A stretch of 64,000 nucleotides of DNA, from the IMG/VR virus record IMGVR_UViG_3300046820_000903, positions 18,292 through 82,291 of that record, one strand, 5' to 3'. The notes beneath the pieces were generated by a model. It saw nothing but the letters and a program-made list of their open reading frames with translations, was not told where the DNA came from and did no database searches. The DNA is from a virus. Each line of letters begins with the position of its first letter. The stretch's first letter is position 1. Below are positions 37,817 to 47,134 of this stretch, piece by piece. The position numbers and the translations under genes were made by a program.

Positions 37817-39124
37817 TTATTGTATGTGCTTATTTAACAAATCAGAGGTTCCAGGTAGCGTTTTACGCCAGTCTGTGCCACGTGTAGTGTCTAAAAAGTC
37901 CATTAATTCTACGTAACGCTTAACTGCTAGTATGTTTTCAAACTTACTGTCAAAGTGATCAATTAACCATTTGTGAATAGTTCTACCTACAGGTGTGTCC
38001 CGTGTAGCGTATAACTCTGCTAATTCTTCCTTAGCTGAACGTGGTAAACTCATAACGCTGTGCATAGCAGGAGCATCAACAAACTTAACTTGGAATGGTA
38101 CGCCTTGGCTGTGGACCCAATCTTCTGTTTCAAACATTGTATGTGTAGTGCTCATTTGTGTACAGCTTGTTAGTCTATGTAACTTAACAACGCCTTCTTT
38201 TTCGTACTCTTTAACTCGCTTAACGTTGCGTTGGAATGTGTCCCACGAACTTGTACGAATTAACTCAAAAGGTTCGTAAGCCGCATCAATGCTGCCGGCC
38301 AATTCAACATGCTTGAAGTGACTCCAACGCTGTGCTAATTTGTCGTTAATAACTGACAAGTTAGTATCGTAGTCTAAGTATACTTCTTTAGCACGACCTG
38401 ACGCAATAATACGATCTAGCATTTCGTCGTGTGCAGGAACAATCATTGGTTCCCCGCCTGTGATGTAGATATGTTCTAGTGTAGGTAGTAGTTCATCAAA
38501 CTTAGACCACCATATGTCAGTTTCCCACCAACGTACTTCTTTTGGATTAAACAGCTTGCCGTGTTCGTTGCGTTCTAGTTTAACTCTAGGATGACCAAAG
38601 CCCCAAGGCACTTCTAAATTATTATTGTTAAATCCAACCCAGTCTTCATACCATTGGTTTGAGTAGCTGGGTCCACAGTGAACACACTTTTGGTTACATA
38701 AGTTTCCAAAGCGTATGTCTAGTGTTGTTGGATTCCATTTGACATAGCCATTTTCGTCCATGTCTGCATTCATATAAGTGGCAGGACTTACTATGTTTGT
38801 GCTTGGATTACGGCGCTCCATGCTTTGTCTACGACTAGCATTAATGTTCTTTGGATCGCCACCTGTTGCGCTTTCACGCTCACTACAGCATGAGCACAAG
38901 TCATGCCACCCGCCTTGTGTTTTTACATCATTAATGCGAACTGACCTATGCCACTTACCATTGAGCCCTTGATTAGGCGTGTGTGTCATAATGTTCATTA
39001 ACTTGCCGTTCTCATCAAGAGCCATGCCCTCGTTCATTGTTCGACTGTTAGTTAATGCACATATCCTATAATCGCCAAGAGGGGTTATCATCAACCCCTG
39101 CCACGGCAGTCTACAAAAAGCCAT
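37817..39124 (-). CDS. radical SAM protein with N-terminal twitch/SPASM-like domain
   Basis: FCRLPW, CSCC, LDIRFGNLCNQKCVHC and ITGGEP. Confidence 0.85.
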   Translation of the reverse strand: MAFCRLPWQGLMITPLGDYRICALTNSRTMNEGMALDENGKLMNIMTHTPNQGLNGKWHRSVRINDVKTQGGWHDLCSCCSERESATGGDPKNINASRRQSMERRNPSTNIVSPATYMNADMDENGYVKWNPTTLDIRFGNLCNQKCVHCGPSYSNQWYEDWVGFNNNNLEVPWGFGHPRVKLERNEHGKLFNPKEVRWWETDIWWSKFDELLPTLEHIYITGGEPMIVPAHDEMLDRIIASGRAKEVYLDYDTNLSVINDKLAQRWSHFKHVELAGSIDAAYEPFELIRTSSWDTFQRNVKRVKEYEKEGVVKLHRLTSCTQMSTTHTMFETEDWVHSQGVPFQVKFVDAPAMHSVMSLPRSAKEELAELYATRDTPVGRTIHKWLIDHFDSKFENILAVKRYVELMDFLDTTRGTDWRKTLPGTSDLLNKHIQ

Positions 39125-39127
39125 TGT

Positions 39128-41758
39128 TTACTTTCGGGCTAAAAAGCCCTGAGAGTTACGCTTGTATCCTTCTGGGATTAGCTTTACTTGTTTATCCAAC
39201 ATACAGAAGTATTCGTTTTCCTTTAATTGTGCAGATGCGTTTACAAGTGCTTGATCAAAGTTTTCATTCTTTTGTTTGTTGTGAATAGTCCACATTGTGG
39301 CATACGCACGTTCTGGATTGTCTTTATACTGCTTTAGTAATTTCTTTTCTAAGTCTTGATCAAAGCCAGGAGGTGCGCTTTCTTTAACTTTTTTGTTGTC
39401 CTTCTTTTCAGGACGCTTGCCACCAGTTTCTTTTTCTAGACGTTGTAGTAATTCTTCATCACTGCCGCCACCCAGCTTGTCAAATGCTTTTTTAGCGCCT
39501 GCTTTGATAGTGTCAATAATACCTTCATTTACAGCAGGAGCCATTGACCTACGGCTTTCAGCCACTTGTTTGATTACAGCTTTAGCGGCTTGTGCTTGTT
39601 CTGGAGGTAACGTAGCAATTTTAGACTGTGTATATTGTTCTACTTTGTCATCGCCGCCTAGTTTCTCAGAGGCCATGTCCCATAGTTTTTCTACACCCTT
39701 CATGCCTAACTTTGCCGCACTATAAGCGCCATAAGCGGCCATTGGGATACCAAGTAATGGGCCTAAGATACCAACAATAGCTGGAGCACCTGCTGCCGCA
39801 ACAACACCTAATCCAAGACCGCCGGCAAACTTAGCCAATGCAGGAGCGTCTTCTTCTACACCACGTTCGCCAGGAACGCTGCCACGAAAGTTCTTTTGCT
39901 TGTCTAGTACAGCTCGCATCTTGGTCATAATACGATCAAATGCACGAGCATCTGTTAAAGCACGTAAGAACTCTTCTTGACGGCCAGCTTTCATAAAAGA
40001 CTTATAACGTCCGCCAACAAAGCGAGCTTCTGGATATTCTAATGTAATTGGCTCACCACCAACCATGATTTCAGCATCTTGCCCTTGTTCAACGGCTTTT
40101 AAAATGCTTAGTATGTTCTTACGGCCTTGTTCCGATTCCATATTTGCTTCCTTAATTTTTGTTACGTTTTCAACCTTAGGATCTATGCCTTGTTCTTTTT
40201 GGCTTAGCAAATAGTCCCAAACACTTGTTGTCATCATTTCTGCTTTGGCAATTTTTTCTTGCGCCCATTCTGGCAAGTTATCGTTGTCGCCAATTGTGTC
40301 CATTAGGCCGTTGACCGCTCGAGCCATGGTACGCAGATTGCTTTTGGCCATACCTGCTTCGTCATCGTATTCAGGATTACTGGCTTCAGTCATACTTTCA
40401 CCCATGCCAGCTAGATTCTGTTCTACTTGTTTAACCCATCCTGACACATCACTGCTACCGATTTCTTCTACATCGCCTACAAAGTCAGCAACTTCATCCA
40501 CTGCCGCTCCTACCTTTTCTGGGCCGTGTTTGGCCAATAGGTCTGTGCGTTGCATTAGAATACGACGAATAATGGCCTGTGCTACTGGTGAGTCTTCATC
40601 ACCAGGATTGTCCATCATGCCTTCCGCCACACCTTGTTCTAAGCTTTCGACAATTACGCCTAAGCCTTTATTACCTGTGCCTTCTTTATTTGGACCAAGA
40701 ATTTGAGTGACTCTGACTTTTTTACCGTCATGGGGACCACCGTTTACTGTAATTATATTACCTACTTGTCTATTAGGCTTAAGGTTAAGTTTAATCTCTT
40801 GCGGTGCAGAATTTTGTGGTTGTGCTGATTGTTGCGGAGGCTGTTCTTGCTTTTGTGCAGGTTTGCTACCCTTCTTCCACTCGTATACCTCGTCATTCAA
40901 TGAAGCTCTATATGCTAATACAAATTGTTTTTCTGACCCCGACCTGTAAACAAAGTTGTCAATTTTAGATATTTTAACTGCTTCTTTGGTTGCATTGTCA
41001 ATTGCTTGTTTTGCATTATAGCAGTCAGTTAATTCACAATACTTTGTAACCAAATCATACACATTAGTTGCCATGTACTCCATTGGAGAAATACTATCTC
41101 CGGTAGAAATTTCTATGTCGGCGGACCTAAGTCTAATTTTTAATCCGCCAGTGGCATCTGTTAGCGCCTTACCAGCATAATTAGCCCAGTAACCTGGCCC
41201 TTTAGCTTGTGCCAATGTTGGTAAACCTGCGCCAGCTACAGCGGCAGCTCCGGCACCCAAGCCTTTTAAGAATCCTCTACGGTCGATTTCTTCTAAACTG
41301 CCTTCCGCCACACCTTCAGCAGGCTTGTCTTTCCAAGGCTTCCACATACCGTGCTTGTGATTATCTACAATGTATAGTGTATGTGTGACAGAGCCGTCTT
41401 CATTCTTAGATTTTTCTACATCAACAACTTTTTTAGCACCCCATTCGTTCTTGTCAAACATGTATTCTTCATGGTCAGCAGTTGCTTCGTCTTGTGCCTG
41501 GATAACGTATAACTTGTTATACTCTTTACCGTTAGGAGCAGATCCTTCTTGGTCAACATACTTTACAGCACGTTTCTGTGTGAATGCTTTGTGTTGAGCT
41601 TGACGTTGTTGACTAATAGCATCTTCGTCATCTGCGGCCTGTTGAGCAGGGCTAGGACGTGGCTCGCTGGGAACTCGAGCCTTAGGTTTAGCATTTAGCG
41701 CCGCATAATAATCGACGTCGCTGTCAAAGTTGCGTGGATCTACTTCGTTGATTTTCAT
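39128..41758 (-). CDS. mosaic multi-module protein, probable head-internal polyprotein
   Basis: MKINE N-terminus; modules separated by VAE/LEE/MTE/IKE/VEE/VNE/VKE/LKE; internal Tat-like signal and a hydrophobic segment. Confidence 0.6.
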   Translation of the reverse strand: MKINEVDPRNFDSDVDYYAALNAKPKARVPSEPRPSPAQQAADDEDAISQQRQAQHKAFTQKRAVKYVDQEGSAPNGKEYNKLYVIQAQDEATADHEEYMFDKNEWGAKKVVDVEKSKNEDGSVTHTLYIVDNHKHGMWKPWKDKPAEGVAEGSLEEIDRRGFLKGLGAGAAAVAGAGLPTLAQAKGPGYWANYAGKALTDATGGLKIRLRSADIEISTGDSISPMEYMATNVYDLVTKYCELTDCYNAKQAIDNATKEAVKISKIDNFVYRSGSEKQFVLAYRASLNDEVYEWKKGSKPAQKQEQPPQQSAQPQNSAPQEIKLNLKPNRQVGNIITVNGGPHDGKKVRVTQILGPNKEGTGNKGLGVIVESLEQGVAEGMMDNPGDEDSPVAQAIIRRILMQRTDLLAKHGPEKVGAAVDEVADFVGDVEEIGSSDVSGWVKQVEQNLAGMGESMTEASNPEYDDEAGMAKSNLRTMARAVNGLMDTIGDNDNLPEWAQEKIAKAEMMTTSVWDYLLSQKEQGIDPKVENVTKIKEANMESEQGRKNILSILKAVEQGQDAEIMVGGEPITLEYPEARFVGGRYKSFMKAGRQEEFLRALTDARAFDRIMTKMRAVLDKQKNFRGSVPGERGVEEDAPALAKFAGGLGLGVVAAAGAPAIVGILGPLLGIPMAAYGAYSAAKLGMKGVEKLWDMASEKLGGDDKVEQYTQSKIATLPPEQAQAAKAVIKQVAESRRSMAPAVNEGIIDTIKAGAKKAFDKLGGGSDEELLQRLEKETGGKRPEKKDNKKVKESAPPGFDQDLEKKLLKQYKDNPERAYATMWTIHNKQKNENFDQALVNASAQLKENEYFCMLDKQVKLIPEGYKRNSQGFLARK

Positions 41759-43872
41759 TTTCTTAATACACTTTTCATAAACTGTGTGGCCATTGCTTGC
41801 GCTTCGCTAACTGGCTTCATGTGAGTACTTAGCCCGATACTTTCTTGGGCTGGTTGCTTACTAATATCATGGAATCCAAAGCGGTCTACCATTAGGTATG
41901 TACTGCCCACTTTCATAATATCGCCAACGCTCATGCTGGTGTGTCCTGTGTTGCTTTGATTGATTAGATCACGTGCTTCTCCACGTGGACTCCAGTTTTC
42001 ACCTTGCATCATTGAAAACACTTTGTCTGGATTAGTTTCACGTAGTGTACCAATTTGTACATGTGTTTGTTCCAGTGTTTCTGGTGTGGGCATTTGACCC
42101 TTCTTGGTCAACCAGTTGGCACCCATCATCATGTCACGGCCTGCTTCATCGTTCCAGTACCAAACTTCTGTGCTGCCTTCTGGGTAAGCATCAGACAAGC
42201 TGGAGTATTGTGTAGCCGCAGGTCCTGCTTCTGTTTGTAATTCACGCTCGCCAAAGTAGTTTAACATTTGACGGAAGCCTTCGCCATCGTTTAGTGTTTG
42301 TTGCATTATGGCCTTGCTTTCTGGCTTTAACTGATCAAACTTGCTTAGGATCTTGTTGGCTGTTTTAGCACTGATAGTAATGCTACTACCGTCGGCCAAG
42401 GTCATTGGCTGTGGCTTATCGTAGTCAGCTTGACGACGAATCTGCATGATAATGTTCTTGTCTGCTGATGCTTGATCAGCTGGTGTAGCTTCATCTTCTT
42501 CAGCTTCGGTTACCGGTGCCATACCGCCTACTTCACGATCTAGTTTGTCAGCAATCCATTGTACTGGATCACCTTCACGTGCTTTGGCAACACCATAAGG
42601 CATTTCACCACTGTTTAAATAATAATCAAATAAGGCTTCGTAAAATTCTGGATTATCATCAATTTCGCCGCCAGCTTTAAATTGTTTAAATGAATCTGCA
42701 AATTGATCTAAAATACTTTCTAATTCCGGATCAACAATTAGGCCTTCATTTAAATCAATTCCTAAATCTTCAGCAAATAATTCACCAATTTCGTTGTCAT
42801 CATCTGCGTCACGTTGTGCTTTATAACTTAGACGATCATAGTAGTGAAAGTGTAGATCTGTTTCTAAAGCTTGACTTAGTTCGCCGCCGGCTTTAAAGTG
42901 CTCTACAGCTTCTTCATTGTTGGCAATGATTCTGGCCAACTGTGGATCCATACGGTATTCAGCTTCTTTAACTTCGATGCCAGCTTGACGTAAAACAGCA
43001 ATGTTGTCATCGCCCAATTCTTCTTCGTCATCTAATTCCAATTGACCGTTCTTGTTAAACGTTACATTGGTTGTACCGCCTGTTTTGTCAAACTGTGGCT
43101 TAGGCGCAGAACTGGTAGCGTTGCCCATGTTGGGAGTATTGCCGCCTGCACGACTTGGAATAGTGCCTGTAGTACCAATTGTACCAAAGCCTTCGCTTAC
43201 GCTTTCATTTTGTATGCCTGTTGTATGTGGGTGACGTACATAATAAGCTTGACCGCTTGCACTGATATAGTGTGGTAGTCGTTGTCCGTCACCGTCCATA
43301 AACTCTAAGTCACGTGCGCTAATGCGTGTAATACGGTTGTCCATGTCATAAAGAATTAGAAACTTGCCGTTTTGGCTCATACGTGCTTGGTCATATACCT
43401 TCATACTACGTCCGTCGGCTGGTAAACCATATTGCTGGCGAGTATCTTGTCTAACACGATCTGTTTCTGCACGACGAATTTCATTTTGACGAGCATTATA
43501 AATTCTACGCTGTGTTTCACGTTCTGCTTCACGTTGACGAACTAGTTCTTTATAGTTAGGGCTAAAAATATCTGCCATGTGACGACCAACGCTGTATTCT
43601 GTGCCAGGATGACGATTCTGTCCTGGCGTACCTGTATTCTGAGCATGTGCCCCGCTCATTGCAACACCAGCGGCCATTGCTGCCGGAATAATCTTTCTGG
43701 CAACATGTTGTAGGATGTCTTTACCAGCTTCGCTTAGGTCACCTTCAACAACAACAATGGTGTCAAACGGGTCTTTAAACTGCTTGACCTGCTGAAGCAC
43801 AATGCCTTCATGTAGACGACTGCTAATTTGCTTAACAACACGACCTTCACGGACTAATTGAATACGAATCAT
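41755..43872 (-). CDS. mosaic multi-module protein with C-terminal YodL-like domain
   Basis: Modules bounded by LHE/LSE/VSE/VKE/LNE/VTE/IQE-type sites; GHTSMSVGDI...YLMVDRFGF resembles YodL. Confidence 0.6.
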   Translation of the reverse strand: MIRIQLVREGRVVKQISSRLHEGIVLQQVKQFKDPFDTIVVVEGDLSEAGKDILQHVARKIIPAAMAAGVAMSGAHAQNTGTPGQNRHPGTEYSVGRHMADIFSPNYKELVRQREAERETQRRIYNARQNEIRRAETDRVRQDTRQQYGLPADGRSMKVYDQARMSQNGKFLILYDMDNRITRISARDLEFMDGDGQRLPHYISASGQAYYVRHPHTTGIQNESVSEGFGTIGTTGTIPSRAGGNTPNMGNATSSAPKPQFDKTGGTTNVTFNKNGQLELDDEEELGDDNIAVLRQAGIEVKEAEYRMDPQLARIIANNEEAVEHFKAGGELSQALETDLHFHYYDRLSYKAQRDADDDNEIGELFAEDLGIDLNEGLIVDPELESILDQFADSFKQFKAGGEIDDNPEFYEALFDYYLNSGEMPYGVAKAREGDPVQWIADKLDREVGGMAPVTEAEEDEATPADQASADKNIIMQIRRQADYDKPQPMTLADGSSITISAKTANKILSKFDQLKPESKAIMQQTLNDGEGFRQMLNYFGERELQTEAGPAATQYSSLSDAYPEGSTEVWYWNDEAGRDMMMGANWLTKKGQMPTPETLEQTHVQIGTLRETNPDKVFSMMQGENWSPRGEARDLINQSNTGHTSMSVGDIMKVGSTYLMVDRFGFHDISKQPAQESIGLSTHMKPVSEAQAMATQFMKSVLRK

Positions 43873-43873
43873 T

Positions 43874-46147
43874 TTATTTTACCTTTTTCCAATCTATGCT
43901 AGGCACAGTACTGTTTTTATTAACGAAATCTGGCTCTTTGCTTTTGCTACCTGTTAACTCTACAGGCTCCTTGCCTGTGATAGCTTTAACAGCGTCTCTG
44001 ATCATTTTATTTTCTTCATCTGTATAAGCATAGGCAAACGGACCAGCATTTGGTCCCAGCACTACTTTGTCACCGCCGCGGTTACCAGCCACGTGAATAG
44101 CATAACGATAAAAGCCATAACCAGGATCAGTGTTTAAATGGAACATTCCTTTAATAATACTGGCCTGCTCTGGATTCATTTTATCTTCTTTAAGATAATG
44201 GTGAATACCTTCTACAATACGTTGTGCTTGCTTTACACGATGCGTATACAATTCCAATGTCGTCATACGCTGTGAGCACTCACGCATGAAGTTAGACTCT
44301 TCATCTGTAATACCACGCGATCCACGACCACCTTTACTGCGAATACGCTTTAATTCATTGTATGCCGCAACAATAGTATTTAATGTATTTGTCAACTGCT
44401 TGATGTTCTCAGCGGCACGACGGAAGCTGCCACCGTGTTCTACTTTAAGGTCTGCGGCCATTGCGTCTGCTTCGCGGCGTGCTTTATCACGTAACCCGCC
44501 TAGAGTATAACGACCTGCGCCACCCAATACTAACACTTCTGTGTCTGTCATTGGTTTATCTCGATCCAAGCGATAGATAACATTTTTATGATCTAATACA
44601 TGTGCTTCTTTTGCAATCTTTGTATTACGGCGATTATTCATCCACTCTTTATATTGACCAAATTCATGTGGACTTAATGAAACATTATTTTTCACTTTCC
44701 AAACAATTCGCTGAATTGTTTCTGGAATATCTTTATCAATTTTACTGAAATAATCACGCATGGTAGTAAGTTTAGTTGGATCTTTTGCATCCGTATTACC
44801 TGCAAAATAATCACGCATGGTAGCTAAACTAGATTCAAATACACCTTGCCCAATGTAAGCAGGACCTGGAGTGTACTTTTGTCCCACTGCGGCACGTGCG
44901 GCTCTACGCCTGGCTCGACGACTACGACCACGTGTCATTGGATAAGCCACTACAGCAATGTCTGCACTTGTTGTGGCACCCGGAGACGCACCACCTTCGT
45001 CTTCCATGACATTGCCTTCTGCTAGACCATGCTTCTTCATCAAACTATAAATCTGACTGCCTGGCTTGACTGGTTGTCCAGATTTTAAAAACGCATCAAT
45101 CATGCCCAATTCTTGTTGCTTGCGTTGTGCAGACGTATCAACAGCAGGTGTTGCATTAGTGTTGCTATCGTCGTCACTGATGTCGTTGGGCTCATAATAC
45201 CAGCCCATGCCCGGATCATCACTGCCAGTTTTTGCTGGATTATCAAACTTGAAATAGGCAATTTGTGTTTTGCCCCAGTAGCCTTTGAATTCGCCAGTGG
45301 CATCATTCATGTCTTCTCGATCAAAATGATCTGCTTCAAATCGACCAAAGAAATCTATACTACGACGATATGACTCTGGCTTGGGATACTTGTAAGGATC
45401 TTCTCCATTGTCATCATCTCTGCCGTGCCCATTTGAAAATTCTTCTAAGTCTTTTTTGGCAAAGTTATCATTGTGGAAACTACCAACAATGTACCATTTT
45501 AAATCATGATCAACATCATTGTGTTCTACGCCTATTACGTTGACATTGTAACCTCGATCGTCAAACCAACTGTTGGCATAACCCACTAGATTTTGTTTGG
45601 CTTTTTCGCCACGTGTATCAATGTTAAATCCATCGTTGCTGACATCAAATTCTTCAAACCAATCATCACCAATGATATCAGCAAGCTCGTCATCTGAGTA
45701 CCAACGTCCTGAATCACCACTATCACCTGGTCCAGGTGCGAATTCTTTTAAAGTACTTTCGCTAACACCATCTCCGTGGCTGTCATCATGGTGTCCAGCA
45801 ACATGATGCTCGCCTGGCATCTCTACTTCATCGCGTTTGACATCAGTGGTTTCACTGGCACCAGCAGCCTTGGGCCACTCTAGGCCTTGTCCCACTTGAG
45901 CATCAGCATCGTAGTTGTGCGGCTCTTGTGCTTGTTGATGTCCTAAAAATATACCGCCTTTACCAACAGCCAAATCACCTTGCTGGCTTAGTCCATGCCC
46001 ACCACCTGGTGGTCGTGCGCCAACACGAGCTGTGCTGGCCAAGGTAGACGCCGCGCTTGGTGGTCCACTTGGGCCCGACGGACCACCTAGTGATGCTCCA
46101 CCCCCAGTAGCGGCCATCTCATTTAATGTTAATTCGCGAAGTTTCAT
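43874..46147 (-). CDS. mosaic multi-module protein, probable head-internal polyprotein
   Basis: MKLRELTLNE N-terminus; LKE/LEE/LAE/VME/VFE/IVE junctions; ATAAATA late motif upstream. Confidence 0.6.
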   Translation of the reverse strand: MKLRELTLNEMAATGGGASLGGPSGPSGPPSAASTLASTARVGARPPGGGHGLSQQGDLAVGKGGIFLGHQQAQEPHNYDADAQVGQGLEWPKAAGASETTDVKRDEVEMPGEHHVAGHHDDSHGDGVSESTLKEFAPGPGDSGDSGRWYSDDELADIIGDDWFEEFDVSNDGFNIDTRGEKAKQNLVGYANSWFDDRGYNVNVIGVEHNDVDHDLKWYIVGSFHNDNFAKKDLEEFSNGHGRDDDNGEDPYKYPKPESYRRSIDFFGRFEADHFDREDMNDATGEFKGYWGKTQIAYFKFDNPAKTGSDDPGMGWYYEPNDISDDDSNTNATPAVDTSAQRKQQELGMIDAFLKSGQPVKPGSQIYSLMKKHGLAEGNVMEDEGGASPGATTSADIAVVAYPMTRGRSRRARRRAARAAVGQKYTPGPAYIGQGVFESSLATMRDYFAGNTDAKDPTKLTTMRDYFSKIDKDIPETIQRIVWKVKNNVSLSPHEFGQYKEWMNNRRNTKIAKEAHVLDHKNVIYRLDRDKPMTDTEVLVLGGAGRYTLGGLRDKARREADAMAADLKVEHGGSFRRAAENIKQLTNTLNTIVAAYNELKRIRSKGGRGSRGITDEESNFMRECSQRMTTLELYTHRVKQAQRIVEGIHHYLKEDKMNPEQASIIKGMFHLNTDPGYGFYRYAIHVAGNRGGDKVVLGPNAGPFAYAYTDEENKMIRDAVKAITGKEPVELTGSKSKEPDFVNKNSTVPSIDWKKVK

Positions 46148-46152
46148 AGATA

Positions 46153-46215
46153 TATTTATTCGTTTGGTTCGGTATAACTGACTGTATTACTTATCATTAT
46201 CTTAGCCGTTAAATA
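46153..46215. promoter_or_regulatory. divergent late-promoter region
   Basis: ATAAATA on the minus strand (46153-46159) and TTAAATA on the plus strand (46209-46215) between divergent operons. Confidence 0.55.
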
Positions 46216-46262
46216 AAGTACTACTACTTTTAAATATGGGTATATAATTCTAAGGAGACCCA

Positions 46263-46544
46263 ATGGGAGAATTTCTAAAACTAGTGGCTGAAGTAGGCTT
46301 TCCAATTGCTGCCGCAGTGGCCGCAGGATACTTTGTATTCTTAACGTTGAAGTTTATTTTAGCAGGTGTTACATCAAGTGTAAATGGTCTTAAGGGCATT
46401 ATTGGTGCTCTTGACAACCGTGTTAAAACAATGAACCATGACGTTATACGTATTGATACCATTGTAAGTAATGCGCTAGGCCTAAAGCCTGACGTAGACC
46501 GTATTGCCAGAGCAGACGGTAAAAATGACGCACGTAGAGACTAA
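46263..46544 (+). CDS. single-TM membrane protein (YvrJ/holin-like)
   Basis: AEVGFPIAAAVAAGYFVF followed by a coiled coil; AAGGAG RBS. Confidence 0.7.
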   Translation: MGEFLKLVAEVGFPIAAAVAAGYFVFLTLKFILAGVTSSVNGLKGIIGALDNRVKTMNHDVIRIDTIVSNALGLKPDVDRIARADGKNDARRD

Positions 46545-46791
46545 AATGATTGTTACAATTGATCTAACTTGGCTATCAAGTTTATGGACATTATTCCCTT
46601 ATTTCCTACTAGGCTTGGGTTTTGGAATAGCATTTTATTACATGTTCTACGATAAAAATTCCTTGACTGAACTAGACCGTAAAAAGCACGACCTAGAAGT
46701 TAAAAAAGAATGGTTCCGCATGTTAGCAGAACAACAAAAAGAAAACGCCAAGAAGGCAGCTTGGAACTCTAAACTTGGTAGAGCTAGATAA
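46504..46791 (+). CDS. single-TM membrane protein
   Basis: LFPYFLLGLGFGIAFYYMF TM with a basic tail; likely start MIVTIDL. Confidence 0.65.
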   Translation: MPEQTVKMTHVETKMIVTIDLTWLSSLWTLFPYFLLGLGFGIAFYYMFYDKNSLTELDRKKHDLEVKKEWFRMLAEQQKENAKKAAWNSKLGRAR

Positions 46792-46991
46792 TGTTACACT
46801 TTGATTATAATTGGGACCTAAGCTTTGCAGGCATCTTACTTGACGAAGAGCTAAACGTAGATAGTCTAGGCTGGTCCAACGGTGATTGTTTCAAGCTTGA
46901 AACAGTAAATGGTCGTCGTTATTTGCGTAAGCTAGATCCATTGGTATCTTTTATTGTTGCAGCCAAAGAGGAAATGAAAAATGAAGTTTAA
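46791..46991 (+). CDS. hypothetical protein
   Basis: Coupled 66-aa ORF. Confidence 0.65.
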   Translation: MLHFDYNWDLSFAGILLDEELNVDSLGWSNGDCFKLETVNGRRYLRKLDPLVSFIVAAKEEMKNEV

Positions 46992-47133
46992 ACCACAATA
47001 TATCTGGAGTGATTTGGATTTAATTAGAAGTTTAATACTTGGCGTAATCATTGGCACAGTATTTGGATTGATACTGGGCTTTGAATTATGGAGACCAGTT
47101 GTTATAAATTGTTTTAAGCCACTGGTAGGCTAA
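46981..47133 (+). CDS. small membrane protein
   Basis: Hand translation MKFKPQYIWSDLDLIRSLILGVIIGTVFGLILGFELWRPVVINCFKPLVG; fills the gap between coupled genes. Confidence 0.6.
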   Translation: MKFKPQYIWSDLDLIRSLILGVIIGTVFGLILGFELWRPVVINCFKPLVG

Positions 47134-47134
47134 T

